Positions 1 to 12,689 of a DNA stretch of 64,000 nt are shown here, piece by piece. The DNA comes from Mobula hypostoma (lineage: Eukaryota). The notes under the pieces were generated by a model, which saw nothing but the letters and a program-made list of their open reading frames with translations, had not been told where the DNA came from and ran no database searches. Each line of letters opens with the position of its first letter. Within the stretch, counting starts at the first letter, position 1. The position numbers were made by a program, and so were the translations under genes. The stretch covers positions 127,846,001-127,910,000 of the forward strand of contig NC_086097.1 in the NCBI RefSeq assembly GCF_963921235.1. The letters are read 5' to 3'.

Positions 1-630
1 TATCCAAGTTTCTTTTAAGCATTGAAACTGAGTGTGCATGCACCACTTGCGCAGGCCAGTCGTTCCACACTCTCATGATCCTCTGAGTGAAGAAGTTTCT
101 CCTCATGTTCCTCTTAATTTTTCACCTTCCACTTTTAACCCATGACCTCTAGCTGAAGTCCCACCCAACCTCAGTGGAAAAAAATCTGCTTGCATTTACC
201 CTATCTACCCTCATAATTTTGTATACCTCTTTCAAATCTCCCCTCAATCTTCTACGATCCAAGCAATAAAGTCCTAACCTATTCAATCTTCCTTATAACT
301 CAGGTCCTCTAGTCCTGGCAACATCCTGTACTCTTTCAACATTATTTACATCGTTCCTGGAGGTAGGTGATCAAATCTGCACATAATTCTCCAAATTAGG
401 TCTCACCAACAATTTATACAACTTCAGAAAAATATCCCATGTCCTGTACTCAAAACATTGATTTATAGAGGCCAAAGAGACAAAAGCTTCCTTTATGACC
501 CTATCTACCTGTGTTGCCACTTTCAATTATCAGTAATCCCAGATCCCTTTGTTCTACCGCACTCCTCACTGTCCTACCGTTCACCGGGTAAGACCTACCC
601 TAGGTAGTCTCACCAAAGTGCAACAGCTTG
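1..630 (-). mobile_element. CR1 LINE, 3' part of ORF2 (RT C-terminus), degraded
   Basis: The reverse complement encodes CR1 C-terminal motifs (CKLLHFGE; FFTQR..VWN). The element resumes at 1652 after an inserted element. Confidence 0.85.
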
Positions 631-1651
631 CAATAGTCCGCTGCTTAACAAGCTATGAGCCCACAGTATTGCAGGGAAGATTCTAGCATGGATAAAGCAG
701 TGGCTGATTGGCAGGAGGCAAAGAGTGGGAATAAAGGGAGCCTTTTCTGGTTGGCTGCTGATGACTGATGGTGTTCCACAGGGGTTTGTGTTGGGACTGA
801 TCCTTTTTACGTTATATGTCAATGATTTGGATGAAGGAATTGATGGCTTGTTGTGAAGTTTGCAGGCGATTCGAAGATAGGCAGAGGGGCAGATAGTTTT
901 GAGGAAACAGGGAGGCTACAGAAGGATTTAGACAGATTAGGAGAATGGACAAAGAAGTGGCTGAAGGAACATAGTACCAGGAAGTGTATGGTCATGTATG
1001 TTGGTAGAAGAAATGAAAAGGTCAACTATTTTCTAAATGGAAGGAAAATACAAAAATCTGAGGTGCAAAGGGACTAGGGGGTCTTTGTGCAGAATTCCTT
1101 AAAGGTTAATTTGCAGGTTGAGTGTGGTAAGGAAGGCAAATGCGATGTTCACATTCATTTGAAGAGAGCTAGGATATGAAAGCAAAACTGTAATGTTGAG
1201 ACTGTATAAAGCACTGCTGAGCATTCGCATAGAGTATTGTGTGGAGTTTTGGGCCCCTTGGAAAGGATGTGCTGAAACTGGAGAAGGTTTAAAGGAGGTT
1301 TACGAAAATGATTCCAGGATTAGGCCTTGATAGTGGATGTGGAGAGAATGTTTCCTATGGTGGAAGTATCTAAGATCAGAGGATACTGCCTCAAAATAGA
1401 AGAGCGTTCTTTTAGAAAGGAGATAAGGGGGAATTTCTTTAGCTAGAGAGCGGTAAATCTGTGGAATTCACTGCCAGAGGCAGTTGTGGATATTTAAGGC
1501 AGAGGCTGATAGATTATTGATTGGTCACGGCATGAAGGGATATGGGGTGAATGTAGGAGATCGGGGCTGAGAGGAAAAATGGATCAGTCATGATGGAAAT
1601 GGTGTAGCAGACTCAATGGGCCAAATGGCCTAAATCTGCTCCTGTGTCTTA
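631..1651 (+). mobile_element. 5'-truncated CR1 (HER1-type) LINE inserted in an opposite-strand CR1
   Basis: RT motifs GVPQGFVLG and KFAGDSK...LQKDLDRLGEW. The 3' end atgggccaaatggcctaaatctgctcctgtgtcttat is a typical elasmobranch CR1 tail. Confidence 0.9.
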
Positions 1652-3600
1652 TATATCCTGTCCCTTAGAATGACTTCCATAACTTTCCCACTACTAATGT
1701 CAGGCTCACTGGCCTATCATTTCCTCGTTTAGTTTTAGAGCCTTTCTTAAACAGCGGAACAAGATTAGCAAAACTCCAATCCTCTGGTATCTTACCTGTC
1801 TCTAAAGATATTTTAAAAATCTCTGCTAAGGACCCTGTAATTTCTGCACATGCCTCTCACTGGATCCCGGGGAACAACTTATCAGGCCCTGGGGATTTAG
1901 CCATCTTAATTTGCTTCAAGATAGCAAACATCTCCTCTTCTGTAATTTATATAGGATCCATGACCTCACTGCTGTCTTTGCCTCACTTCTAAACACACTA
2001 TGTCACTTTCCTGAGAAAATACAGATGCAAAAGATCCATCTCTTTTGGCTCCACACATGGATTACCATTCTGGTCTTCCAGAGGACCAACTTTGTCCCTT
2101 GCAATCCTTTTGCTTTTAGCATATCTGCAGAATCCCTTAGGATCCTCTTTTGCCTTGTTTGCTAGGGCAACCTCATGCCTTTTTTTAGCCCTCCTAATAT
2201 CTTTCTTAAGTGTTCTCTTGCATTTCTTTTATTTCATAAGCACTTCATTTGTTCCTATCTGTCTATGCCTGCTATGCACCTCCATTTTTTTTTAAACCAG
2301 GGTCTCAATATCTCTTGAAAATCAAGGTTCCCAAAGCCTGCTGTCATTATCTTCTATTCTGACAGGAACATATAAACTCTGTACTCTCAAAATTTTATTC
2401 TTAAGGGCATCCCTCTTAACAAGAACACCTTTGCCAGAAAACAGCCTGTCCAGATCTTTTCTGATACCATCCAAGTTGGCCTTTCTCCAATTTAGAATCT
2501 CAACCAGTGGACCAGACCTATCCTTTTCCTTATTTTCTTTGAAACTACTGGCATTATGATCACTAGATGCAAAGTGTTCCCCTACATAAACTTCCGTACC
2601 TGCCCTGACTCGTTCCCTGGTAGCAGATCAAGTATCACACACTCTTTGGGGCTTCTATATACTGATTAAAGAAACTTTCTTGAACACATTTGACAAACTC
2701 TATCTCATCTAATCCTTTTACAGTATGGGAGTCCTGGTCAATACATGGAAATTTAAAATCAACTACTATAACAACCTTATGTTTCTTGCAACTGTCTGCA
2801 ATCTCTCTATGAATATGTTCCTCTAAATCCCGCGGACTGTGGGGTTGTTTATAATATAGCCCCATTAACGTGGTCATACAATTCTTATTCCTCAGCTCCA
2901 CCTATAATGTTTCAATAGGCAAATTCTCCAGTCTGGCCTGACTGAGCACTACTATGACATTTTCCCTGACTATTAACACCATCCCTCTTCCTTTAATCTT
3001 TACCACTCTGTCACATCTAAATCAATGGAACTCTGGAATATTGAGCTGTCAGTACTGTCTCTCCTCCAACCAAGTCTCACAATTAGCTAAAGTATCATAA
3101 TTCCATGTGTTGACCCTTTGTCCTAAGCTCATCTGCCTTTTCTACAATATGCCTTACATTGAAATATACACAGCTCAGAGCGTTAGTCACACCATGTTCA
3201 ACCGATTGATTCCTGACTTTCTCTGAGGTCTTATCATCATGTGTCTCCACAACCCTTCCAATAACTGTTCTTGCACTCTAGCTCCCATCACCCTGCAGCT
3301 CTAGTTTAACATCCCCTCCCGCCCCATTGTGCAGCACTAGCAAACATCCCCCACTAGGATATTAGGCTCCTTCCAGCTCAGGTGCAAACTGTCTCTTCTG
3401 TACACATTCCACCTTCCTTGGAAGAGAGCCCAACGATTCAAGAATCTGACACCATCACTTCTACACCAACTCCTTAGCCACATGTTATACTGTATGATCT
3501 TCCTATTTCTGGCCTCACTAGCACGTAAGACAGGTGGCAATTCTGAGATCACAACCCTGGAGGTCCTGTCCTTTAACTTAGCATCTGTTGTCTTGATCAA
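1652..3600 (-). mobile_element. CR1 LINE: RT N-terminus, endonuclease and ORF1 SGNH-esterase remnant
   Basis: ORF 2635-2901 has APE endonuclease motifs (GLYYKQP, VIVVDFKFP). ORF 3337-3600 is ORF1 esterase-like (SRVVIS..NMWLRSWC..RDSLHLS). Confidence 0.88.
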
Positions 3601-3738
3601 ATCTATGACTGGCTGTCATCATATAAAAATATATGGAATTCTTTTTTCTTGTAGTTTTGCAGTGAATCACTTAGGGGCATTTTATCACATTAAGAGCAGT
3701 ATTGGAATAGTAGTTGTTACTGTCCTTTTCATGAGACA

Positions 3739-3966
3739 GTGTTGGGCACGTGGCCAAGTGGTTAAGGCGTTCGTCTAGTTATCTCAAGGTCGCTAGTTCG
3801 AGCCTCAACTGTGGCAGCGTGTTCATGCCCTTGAGCAAGGCACTTAATCACACTCTAGTCTGTGAGAGGAGTGGCACCCCACATAGACTTCCAATCTGCG
3901 CCTTGTAAGGCACGAAAATGCCCGACGCAGGCCTCTCATGGTCTGAGTCGACATTCCCTCCCCGTC
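3739..3966 (+). mobile_element. tRNA-derived SINE with CORE-like central domain
   Basis: A box TGGCCAAGTGG, B box AGTTCGAGCC and CORE-like CCTTGAGCAAGGCACTTAA. 9-bp TSD CATGAGACA at 3730-3738 and 3967-3975. Confidence 0.88.
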
Positions 3967-4144
3967 CATGAGACAACCAGGTTTGAATACCACATGAAAT
4001 GACCATGGACTATGTCCTGAAACCATCATATTGCCCATGTAAGGCAAGAGTATTCTTGGTAAGTATGGCATTTCTTTATTTGCCTGTTTGAAAGAGGAAG
4101 AAGAGAATAAGGATCAAGTGCCTTCCTGGCATATAAGACAAATA

Positions 4145-4230
4145 AACTCTTCTCAAGCTTCCAACCGGTGCAGGTAGCGATTACACCCAGCGTTTCAATG
4201 ACAAACTCTGCCATTTTCATTGAGGATGAA
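4145..4230 (-). mobile_element. Penelope pseudo-LTR fragment with degenerate hammerhead motif
   Basis: The reverse complement reads ctcaatga-aaatggcagagtttgtcatt-gaaacgct, a decayed CUGAUGA/stem II/GAAAC pattern. Confidence 0.5.
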
Positions 4231-6247
4231 GAAGAGGATTGCAAGCAGATGAGTTTCCAGGTTGGGTACTAGAATAGTCCACACACCACTATTCATACAT
4301 ATGTGTTGATGCCGCTTGATATACAAGGCCGTGATAACGATTTACCAGAATTCAATGGTGACATGCACCTGACCTTGCAACCACTGGGAGTATTAGAGCA
4401 GTTATTCAAGATGTGAGGAGGATTATTGTTGCATAAGTTTATGACACTGACTAGTCCAAACTGAAGCAAAAAATTATCAGCATCAATGTGCGATTAGAAG
4501 AGTACTATTTGCCTAAAGAAATAATTTATTGATTGCACAACTTCTACATGTAAGTTAATTCTTCTGAAATCCTGAATGATGACCAACTGACACATTGTTA
4601 CCGGACTATTTGGTCAACCAAGCTGTGGAACAGCTCATAGAACTCTCTCAGTTATTACAGCTTATTGTATCGTGAAATCTTTTTATTCTTTGATTCTTGG
4701 AGATACTTGTATCTCCTTCAATTATTAGACTGGCCTCATCAGACTTATTAAGTACTTAATCAGATATAGCCTGTGGAAAAGAGAGATTAGAGTTAGTGTC
4801 TAATTTTTTGGCTGAGGTTCTAGCATAGGCATGATACAACAAATGGTGCCCATCATTCTGGAGTGTAAATCATGTAAGAAAACAAGTGTGACTGCAAATA
4901 GTTAACAAACAGCTCTTGCAGTCTGAGGGCGTGACAAGGATATTCGTAGTCTGCTGGAACCTAGATCTGTGGCAATCAAAACTGGCGATTGATAACTATG
5001 CAATTCTGATTGAGGTTAGAGATGGAATTGGATGCATGCCAGCTCTGGCAGGGTTTGCAGACCATTACTTCCTACAAAGTGAAACAGCATTATCAATGTC
5101 TGTGATGCTTCACTCCCAAATGAGCTCAATGCCTTTTATGCATACTTTGAAAGGGCGAAAACTACTACATCACTGCAAATCCCTGCAGCATCCGGTGACC
5201 CTTTGATCTCTGTCTCAGAGGCCGGTGTCAGGACATCTTTCAAGAAGGTGAACCCTCACAAGGTATCAGGCCATAATGGTGTACCGGGTATGGCTCTGAA
5301 AACCTGTGCCAACCAACTGGCGGGAGTGTTTAAGAGCATCCTAAATCTCTCACTGCTCCTGTCGGAGGCTCCCAACTGCTTCAAAAGGGCAACAATCATA
5401 CCAGTGCCCAAGAAGAGCCGGATGAGCTGCCTCAATGACTATCACCCAGTGGCACTTACACCCAATGTGACAAAGTGCTTTTAGAGATTGGTCATGGCGG
5501 GAACCAACTCCTGACTAAGCAAGGATCTGTACCAACCACAATTCACCTATCACCACAATAGGTTTACTGCAGCAGATGCAGTCTCATTGGCTCTCCACTT
5601 GGCCTCGGGTTATGTGGACGTAGGAATACTTACATCAGCCTGCTGTTTTTTGACTACAGTTCAGCGTTCCACACAATCATACTCTGGGTTCTAATCAACA
5701 AGCTCCAAAATCTGGACCTCTGTACCTCCCTCTGCAAATGGATCCTTGACATCCTCACTGGAAGACCACAGTCTGTGCAGATTGGAAATAACAACTCTTC
5801 CACACTGACGATCAGCACTGGTACACCACAGGGGCGTATGCTTAGCCCACTGCTCTACTCTCTCTATGCCCACAACTGTGCGGCCAGGCACAGCTTAAAT
5901 GCCATCTATAAATTTGCCAATTACACAACTATATTGTTAGCAGAATTTCAGATGGTGACAAGGAGGCGTACAGGAGCAAGATAGATCAGCTGGTTGAGTG
6001 GTGTCATTGCACTCAATATCTTTAAGACCAAGGAATTGATGGTGGACTTCAGAAAGGGTAAGTCGAGGGAACACACATCAGTCCTCATCGAGGTATCAGA
6101 AGTGGGAAGGCTGAACAGTTCCAAGTTCCCGGGTGTCAGCATCTCTGAGGATCTATCCTGGGCCTAACATATTGCTGTATTAAAAAAGAAGGCATGGCAG
6201 TGGCAATATTACATTAGGAGTTTGAGGAGATTTGGTACGCTTGAGTA

Positions 6248-6926
6248 GAGGAGAAGATGGTGGCGCGGTGCAGCGTGCACGGCCACTCCGAAATAATATC
6301 GTATTTGTAAGTAGGTACCGTGCACAATCCTGATTTGATGGAGACCGACGTGAGAAGCACGGAAGAACATCTGGAGAAACTTCTGAAATGCCCGCTTCGC
6401 TGCTGCTGCTACTGTGCGATCAAGAGTCTCTGGCGGGAAGGCCCCAAATCCTCGGCTTTGCCTATTGCCTGTTGCCAGGGCCGGGGTCGAAGCGCTTGGC
6501 AGAGATGGTGCTCGGTGTTTGGTGTCAGAGGGCTGGTCGGAGGCTCGAAGTTTTTGGATGGACTCAAGAGTCGGCTGTGGTCGGGTGCTTCCAGGGTGCT
6601 GCATCGGCAAGTTTTCGGCGCAGGAAGCTCATGGCAGGGAGAGTTTTTCTTCCTTCTACTGTCTACATGAGGTGATGAGACTTTTGAGAGACTTTGAGAC
6701 TTTTTTTTTACCGTGCCCATGGTCTGTTCTTTATCAAATTACGATATTGCTTTGCACTGCTGTAACTATATGTTATAATTAGGTGATTTTTGTCAGTTTT
6801 TCAGTCTTGGTTTGTCTTGTGTTTCTGTGATATCAGTGTGGAGGAACATTGTATCATTTCTTAATCCATGTATTACTAAATGACAATAAAAGAGGACTGT
6901 GTGTCCTCATAATGTAATCTAATCTA
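6248..6926 (+). mobile_element. Non-tRNA short retroposon (family A), copy 1
   Basis: Starts GGAGAAGATGGTGGCG and ends CAATAAAAGAGGACTG...(AATCT)n. Closely matches 8484-9038 and 54289-54963. Interrupts the Rex1/Babar RT tail. Confidence 0.9.
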
Positions 6927-7313
6927 ACCAAAGACTCCCGTAAATTTCTACAGAGCATTCTAACTGGCTGCATCAGTCTGGTATAGAGAGACCACTGCAC
7001 AGGATCAGAAAAAACTGCAGAAATTTGTAAACTCTGCCAGCTCCATCATGGGCACTAGCCTCCCCAGCATTCAGGACATCTTCAAAAGGCGATGCCTCAA
7101 AAAGGCAGCAACTATTATTAAGGATACCCATTACCTAGGACATGCCCTTTTCTCATTGGTACCATCTAGAAGGAGGCCGAAAAGACACACACTTAGTATT
7201 TTAGGAACAGCTTTCTCCCCTCCCCATCATATTTCTGAATTGGCAATGAATCCATGAACACTACCTCACTACTTTTTTCTCTATTTTGCGCTTCTTATTT
7301 AATTGTTTTGTTA

Positions 7314-7858
7314 CAGTTCTATGCGAAAGTCTTAGGCACGTACATGCTAGGGTGCCTCAGACCTTTTGCACAGTACTGTATTTCTCAACGTGGAGTGGAG
7401 AGCGGGTTTGCCAATCTGGCAGGAGCAAAGGATGTTGGAAATGGCGAGGGTGGAACGCCACTGAAGGGATGTAGGATAGGTGGCAGAGAAGGAGTACTAG
7501 GGGTGGGGGGTTGGTGCAGGTGTAGACACACCCAGCTCTGAGACACCTGACAAGGACATTCGATAACAAGCTGCTGGTTTATTGATCATTATAGAATACC
7601 TATCTGGTGATTCCTGCTCCCTCCCTTCTCCCTTCCCCTTTTCCCAACCATGATTCTCCTCTCCCTGCCCTCTTCCCACTCTCAGTCCACAATAGAGACC
7701 CATATCAGAATCAGGTTTATCATCACTCACATAAGTCATGAAATTTGTTATTTTTTGCTGCAGCAGTACAGTGCAATACATAAAATTACTACAGTACTGT
7801 GCAAAAGTCGTAGACTCCCAAGCTGTATATAAGTGCCTAAGACTTTTGCACAGTTCTG
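7314..7858. mobile_element. Composite element: two ~65-bp palindromic Tc1/mariner-type MITEs flanking ~410 bp
   Basis: Units 7314-7378 and 7792-7858 each consist of TIR CAGTACTGTGCAAAAGTCTTAGGCAC-like plus its reverse complement, flanked by TA (TG at the right end). Confidence 0.8.
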
Positions 7859-8483
7859 TGCATATACTTATTGTAAGTTAAAGTCTCTATTATTACATAT
7901 TGCAATGTACTGCTGCCACGAATCAACAAATTTCACAACATGTGCTGGTGATATTAAACATGATTCTGATTCTGAACTTCTGGATAATTGATAATTAAAA
8001 CAGAAAATGCTGCTCAGGCAGCATCTGTGGGAAGAAAAGCAGTTAATGCTTGTGGTCTGGGACCTCTCATCAGAACTGAGAAAGAGAAAAACTGGTTAGT
8101 TTTAGGTACCAGAGAAGGTAAAGAAGGGCAACGAATAGAATAAAGGAAATTACTATGATAGAGTGCAATGCTTACTGTCCGTTGTGTCTAACAGTGACAG
8201 AACCTGTGCGAGAGAGTTTTTAAAGAGGCAAATCCATTGCACTGGGACAGTTCCACTCTCTTGATCTCCGAAGTCCCAAGTGCAGTGGTACAAATAAGCA
8301 TCACAACCAGGTCTCCCCTGGTTGAAGTGGATGACCATAACGTCTTCTTTGCCTTTTCATGCCCTTCGCTCTCCGTGGGATGTGGCAGTTCCACCTTCCC
8401 GGCCATTGGATCTCATCCACCCAGTCTGCAGAAGCTGGGACAGGCATGTCCCTGGCAGAATGTAATAATGTGGGAGTAATAAT

Positions 8484-9038
8484 GGAGGGAGGAGAAGATG
8501 GTGGCGCGACGCAGCGCACGCGGCCTGTCCAGTGAAATGATATTGCATTTGTTAAATAGGGGCAGTGCACAATCCTGATTTGATGGAGACGGACGTGAGA
8601 AGCACAAAGGAACGTCTGGAGAAACTTCTGAAATGCCCGGTTCGCTACCGCTGCTGTTGTGCGATCGAGAATATCTGGAGGGAGGGCCCCAAATCCTCGA
8701 CTTTGCCTGTTGCTGGCGGCCGGGGCTGGGGTCGAAGCGCTTGGCAGAGATGGTACTCGGTGCTCGGTGTTGGAGGGCTGGTCGGAGGCTCGAAGTTTTC
8801 GGACGGACTGAGAGTCAGACTGTGGTCGGGTGCTTCCAGGGTGCAGCATCAGCAAGTTTGCGGCGCTGGAAGCTCATGGCAGGGAGAGTTTTCTTCCTTC
8901 TACCATCTGCGTGAGATGTTCGGAATTTTGAGAGACTTTGAGACTTTTATCACACTGGAGGAACATTGTGTCATTTCTTAATGCATGCATTACTAAATGA
9001 CAATAAAAGAGGACTGCGTGTCCTCATACTCTAATCTA
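8484..9038 (+). mobile_element. Family A retroposon, copy 2 (internal deletion near 8948)
   Basis: Same head and tail as copy 1, but lacks ~130 bp of the AT-rich 3' region. Confidence 0.9.
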
Positions 9039-9209
9039 AAGGGCAGTGAAACTCCTTTGTCTGTGTCATGTGTTACTCATGTTACAAAGTCTGGGTAATG
9101 TTGTATAATCTGGCCTACTGCTACATGTAGATTAGACAAGGTATAGATTAGGGTAGACAGGCAAAATCCATTTCCCAGGGTATAAACGTCAAGAATAAGA
9201 AGACATCTA

Positions 9210-9400
9210 ATGTGAGATGGAGCCCACCCTACCCCCACCTTCTTTATAGGGCCTCTGCCCCTTCCCTCTTTAGTCCTGAGGAAGGGTTCCGGACTGAAAC
9301 GTTGACTGATCGTTTCCACGGATGCTGCACAACCTGCTGAGTTCCTCTAGCGTGTTGTGAGTGTTACTTTGACCCCAGCATCTGCAGAGTATTTTGTGTT
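9210..9400 (+). mobile_element. Penelope-derived short element with minimal hammerhead motif, inside a CR1 3' fragment (~9130-9680)
   Basis: AGTC-CTGAGGA-AGGGTTCCGGACT-GAAAC-GTT-GACT at 9272-9307, followed by the shared gatgctgc...ccagcatctgcaga tail. Confidence 0.75.
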
Positions 9401-9969
9401 TAAGGTTAAATAAACTGCTTGGCGGGCTGCTTTTACATGGAGAGTGGAAGGTGCCTGGAACAGGCTACTGATTGAGTGGGGAGGAGGGTGGAGTGGTAGA
9501 AGCTGATATAATAGAGGTATTGAGGAATCTGTTAGAGAGACCCAGACACAGGCAGAGACTGCAGGGATATGGACTGTGCATGTGGAGAAGAGAATTAATT
9601 TATTCCGGCATTGCGTTCGGTGTTTGGTGCAGACATCGTGGGCTGAGGGGCCTGTTCCTTACTGATCTACGTCCATGAGGCCAGAGGTCACAAATGCAAA
9701 AAAAAGCAGACACCAGTCCTGGTACAAACAGAGGAAGAACAAGTTACCTGAAATTGGAATTAGTTTATTATTGTCACATGTGTCAAGGTACAGTGAAAAG
9801 CTTGTCTTGCATACAGATCAATTTATTACACAGTGAGCTGAGGTTGTACAAGGTAAAACAATAACAGAATGCAGAATAAAATGTAACAGTTGCAGGGAAA
9901 ATGCAGAGCTCAAAGACAATAAGAGTACATGATATAGATTCCTGAAGACTGCAAGGTGCTCAGGAAATA

Positions 9970-10270
9970 AAATGTGATGTTCCTTGAACTTGCGCTGGGC
10001 CTTGATATAACAATACAGAAGGCCATGGACAGATCAGACTGGAACTGTGATGCTTAAATGAAAGTGGCAGGCAACTGGAAGCTCAGGGTCACTTCTGCAG
10101 ACTGAGTGCAGTTACTACACAAAGCAACCACTAAGTCTGTGTTTGGTTTCTTCAGTGTTAAGGATACCACATTGTGAACACTGAATGCAGTACGCTAGAT
10201 TGGAACAAGTACAAGTGAATTTCTGCCTTACTTGGAAAGACACTCAGGGTTGTTGGATGCTGGAAAGGGT
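9970..10270 (-). pseudogene. Penelope GIY-YIG endonuclease remnant
   Basis: The reverse translation gives AYCIQCSQCGIL..EETKHRL...PELPVACHF...VHGLLYC, matching the remnant at 45820-46170. Confidence 0.7.
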
Positions 10271-11899
10271 AAATTTGAAGGACAGGTATTGCAGGTGTTG
10301 TGCTTAATTGGTATTTATTTCTCTTCTTTCTCAGCAAGACGCCAGGACAACATGATGAGCTACAGAACTGACTATAAATGATGCACGTGAGCACATGGTG
10401 CATTACCATCATCCTTGTTATTACAACATGGCCAATACAGCGTGGCGTGTTCATACAACCCAGAGTGGTGGTTCCATCCGCTGTGAATATGGAGCCTCAA
10501 CAGCTCAGAGATGTTAAATGGAGGTTTTGTCTGCTATCTCAGTTGATGTGGAGGTCTCTTGGCCACTAATTCAAAGAACAGCTGCAGTGGCTCAATGACA
10601 TCTCTTATCATACTGCTTTGTGTGGGGGTTTGCAGTGCTTGTTTGGACTTCTACCTTATGTGAGTGGCTACCCTTCAGAATGTGGATAAGTGCCCAACGT
10701 ATGGAAGGTGAAGGTATGTGTAGACTTCTCCCTGGGATATTGAAGTTAGACTTTAACGTGCAACAGTGATTATGTCGTACAATGGAAAGTTTAGATTACA
10801 TTTTTAATGTGTTTTTTTTTTCATTTAATTTGCCTTTGGAAAAGCCATAGTAATGTTTTTTTATTGTAACCCTGTCTATGACGTAATCTCTGAAAATGAA
10901 GGTACAATCAAAAAGGCGGAACTTCATCCAGCTTCACAATTAGCAAGGGAGTCATAAAGTGTGTATGTTTTGAAAATCTTCAGATAGGAAAGACTAGAAT
11001 TGAAGCAATTTCTTCACAGTAAACAAATATTAATGCAGTTTTTACAGCCATGGAGCAGAGATAAAAAATTTAAAAAGTAATTACTGAAGTCAAAGTTATA
11101 ATTTATTATGTTAAGTGACTAAGGAGATCATTGCACAATTTAATGGAGTGTCTGTTTAATTTCCCTTCTATATCTTGCATTTTTCATTGGCATCCTTCAG
11201 GCAATATTGGTTCTCAGCTGACGTGGAGCTGACAGGGAATAATTCCTTCTTGTATACATAATTTCTCCTAGCTTGCAGCGTCAACGCTTTCAAATTGTGT
11301 TTTAGCCCACGTAAGTTTTTTCCCAAGCTGAGTTTATTCACTAAAAACCTCTGAGTGTCTGGATGTGTCTGCTAAACAACCTAGTTTTTTGAACTAAAAT
11401 AAGTTAACCATAATGCACAAAAAAGTCCTTGATTTCCATTGGTTTTACCAGTTTAAATCCTTATGAGATGAGAAGTCCGTCATTAACAACATTAGTAATG
11501 GACAGAGAATGTACAGTTTGATTAATAATGTATCCATGTAGGTCATTATATTTGTATTAAAATGCATGTCAAGTTGTCTCAAAGGCAAGCAGAACATACC
11601 TGAAATCTCCCAGTGTTTTGCAATGTAGATGCATTGTCGTATTTGTTATTAAAATTCAAGTTTTATTTCCTTAGTTTTAACCAAACCAAATATAATGTAA
11701 AGAAAATGATACTAGTCTCTACTGATTGTTAAGACTATGAGCAAGTATCATTTATTGTGCCAAGATATTGTAAACACACTGGAAATGAACAAACTTACAT
11801 TTTCCACACCTGAATTTGGGAAGAAACCTTGCCAAACCAACAGTCCCAGCATTAATTTTGGATATAATAAGTAAAAGTTGTGTTAGAATCTGGCACTAA

Positions 11900-12245
11900 G
11901 GAGTATGATGGGTGATCTCGAAGATATGATATGTTGAGTGTGATTGAGAGGGTATGTTCTGAGGCTTTTTTTCTCTCAAAGAACAAGAGAGCACAATCTT
12001 AAAATTAGAGCTCAGTCATTTAGAGCTGTGGTAATGAAAAATTTCCTCATACAATGGATAGCAAACCTTTGCAACTCTTTCCACAGAGAGCATGGATGTT
12101 CTGTCAGTGGAGAATATTTAAGGTGATAATGAAATGACATTTGGATACCAAGGCTATGGAGATCAGTTGGTAAAGTGGACTTGAGAGACTCAACCAGACT
12201 TGACTTTAATGAATAAAAATGCAGACTCAGTGACAGTCTCTATTC
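11900..12245 (+). mobile_element. Old CR1 3' fragment
   Basis: RTREHNLKIR..FLIQWIANLCNS resembles the CR1 RT C-terminus (TRGH..FFTQRVVNLWN). Confidence 0.7.
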
Positions 12246-12689
12246 TTTATATCCTGACAGTGACGTCAAAAGTTCTATATGAAAGCAGACATTTTTTTAA
12301 TGTATCATGAATATGGAAGAAGAATTCATTGATGGTATTTTTATCTGCAGTTCACACATCCATTTGAAATACAAAGAGATAGAATAAGAATGGCTGACTT
12401 TGAAGATGATTCTGGTTCCTGGAGAAGAGCTTCCTCCAAGGCCTGGGTGTAACTAAACTCAAAGGAATGAGTGCCCTCAGTGTATACCAGTGTAGTAAAG
12501 CCACTCTCCACACTGACAAATATCCCAATTGCCATTCACCCATACACACAGGTTTTGGGTAGTGGAAAATTCTCCCTGATAGCTAGCAATATATGAATGC
12601 ATGGTATCTTGTACCAATTCTCACCTTTTCCAAAAATACCACACTACACCACCAGTCAGATTATTTGCAAACATAGTGGAGAAGCATAA

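Larger units (their letters stand above)
5080..7975 (+). mobile_element. Rex1/Babar LINE, degraded RT, with two nested insertions
   Basis: Motifs DASLPNELNAFY, IIPVPKK..CLNDYHPVALT and [18 protein letters not shown]. The 3' tail is gattctgattctga. Confidence 0.9.

Noticed and set aside
3743..3815. tRNA gene
   Set aside because: It is a SINE head: it continues into a CORE-like domain and tail and is flanked by a TSD. The same applies to 39908 and 56640-56706.
4006..4065. ACCATGG start followed by MDYVLKPSYCPCKARVFL and a GTAAGT donor
   Set aside because: No recognisable homology or promoter context, and no compatible downstream exon. Such matches are expected by chance in 64 kb.
8301..8855. 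184-aa and other antisense ORFs over family A, CR1 and Rex1 elements
   Set aside because: These are shadow ORFs of GC-rich or coding transposon sequence.
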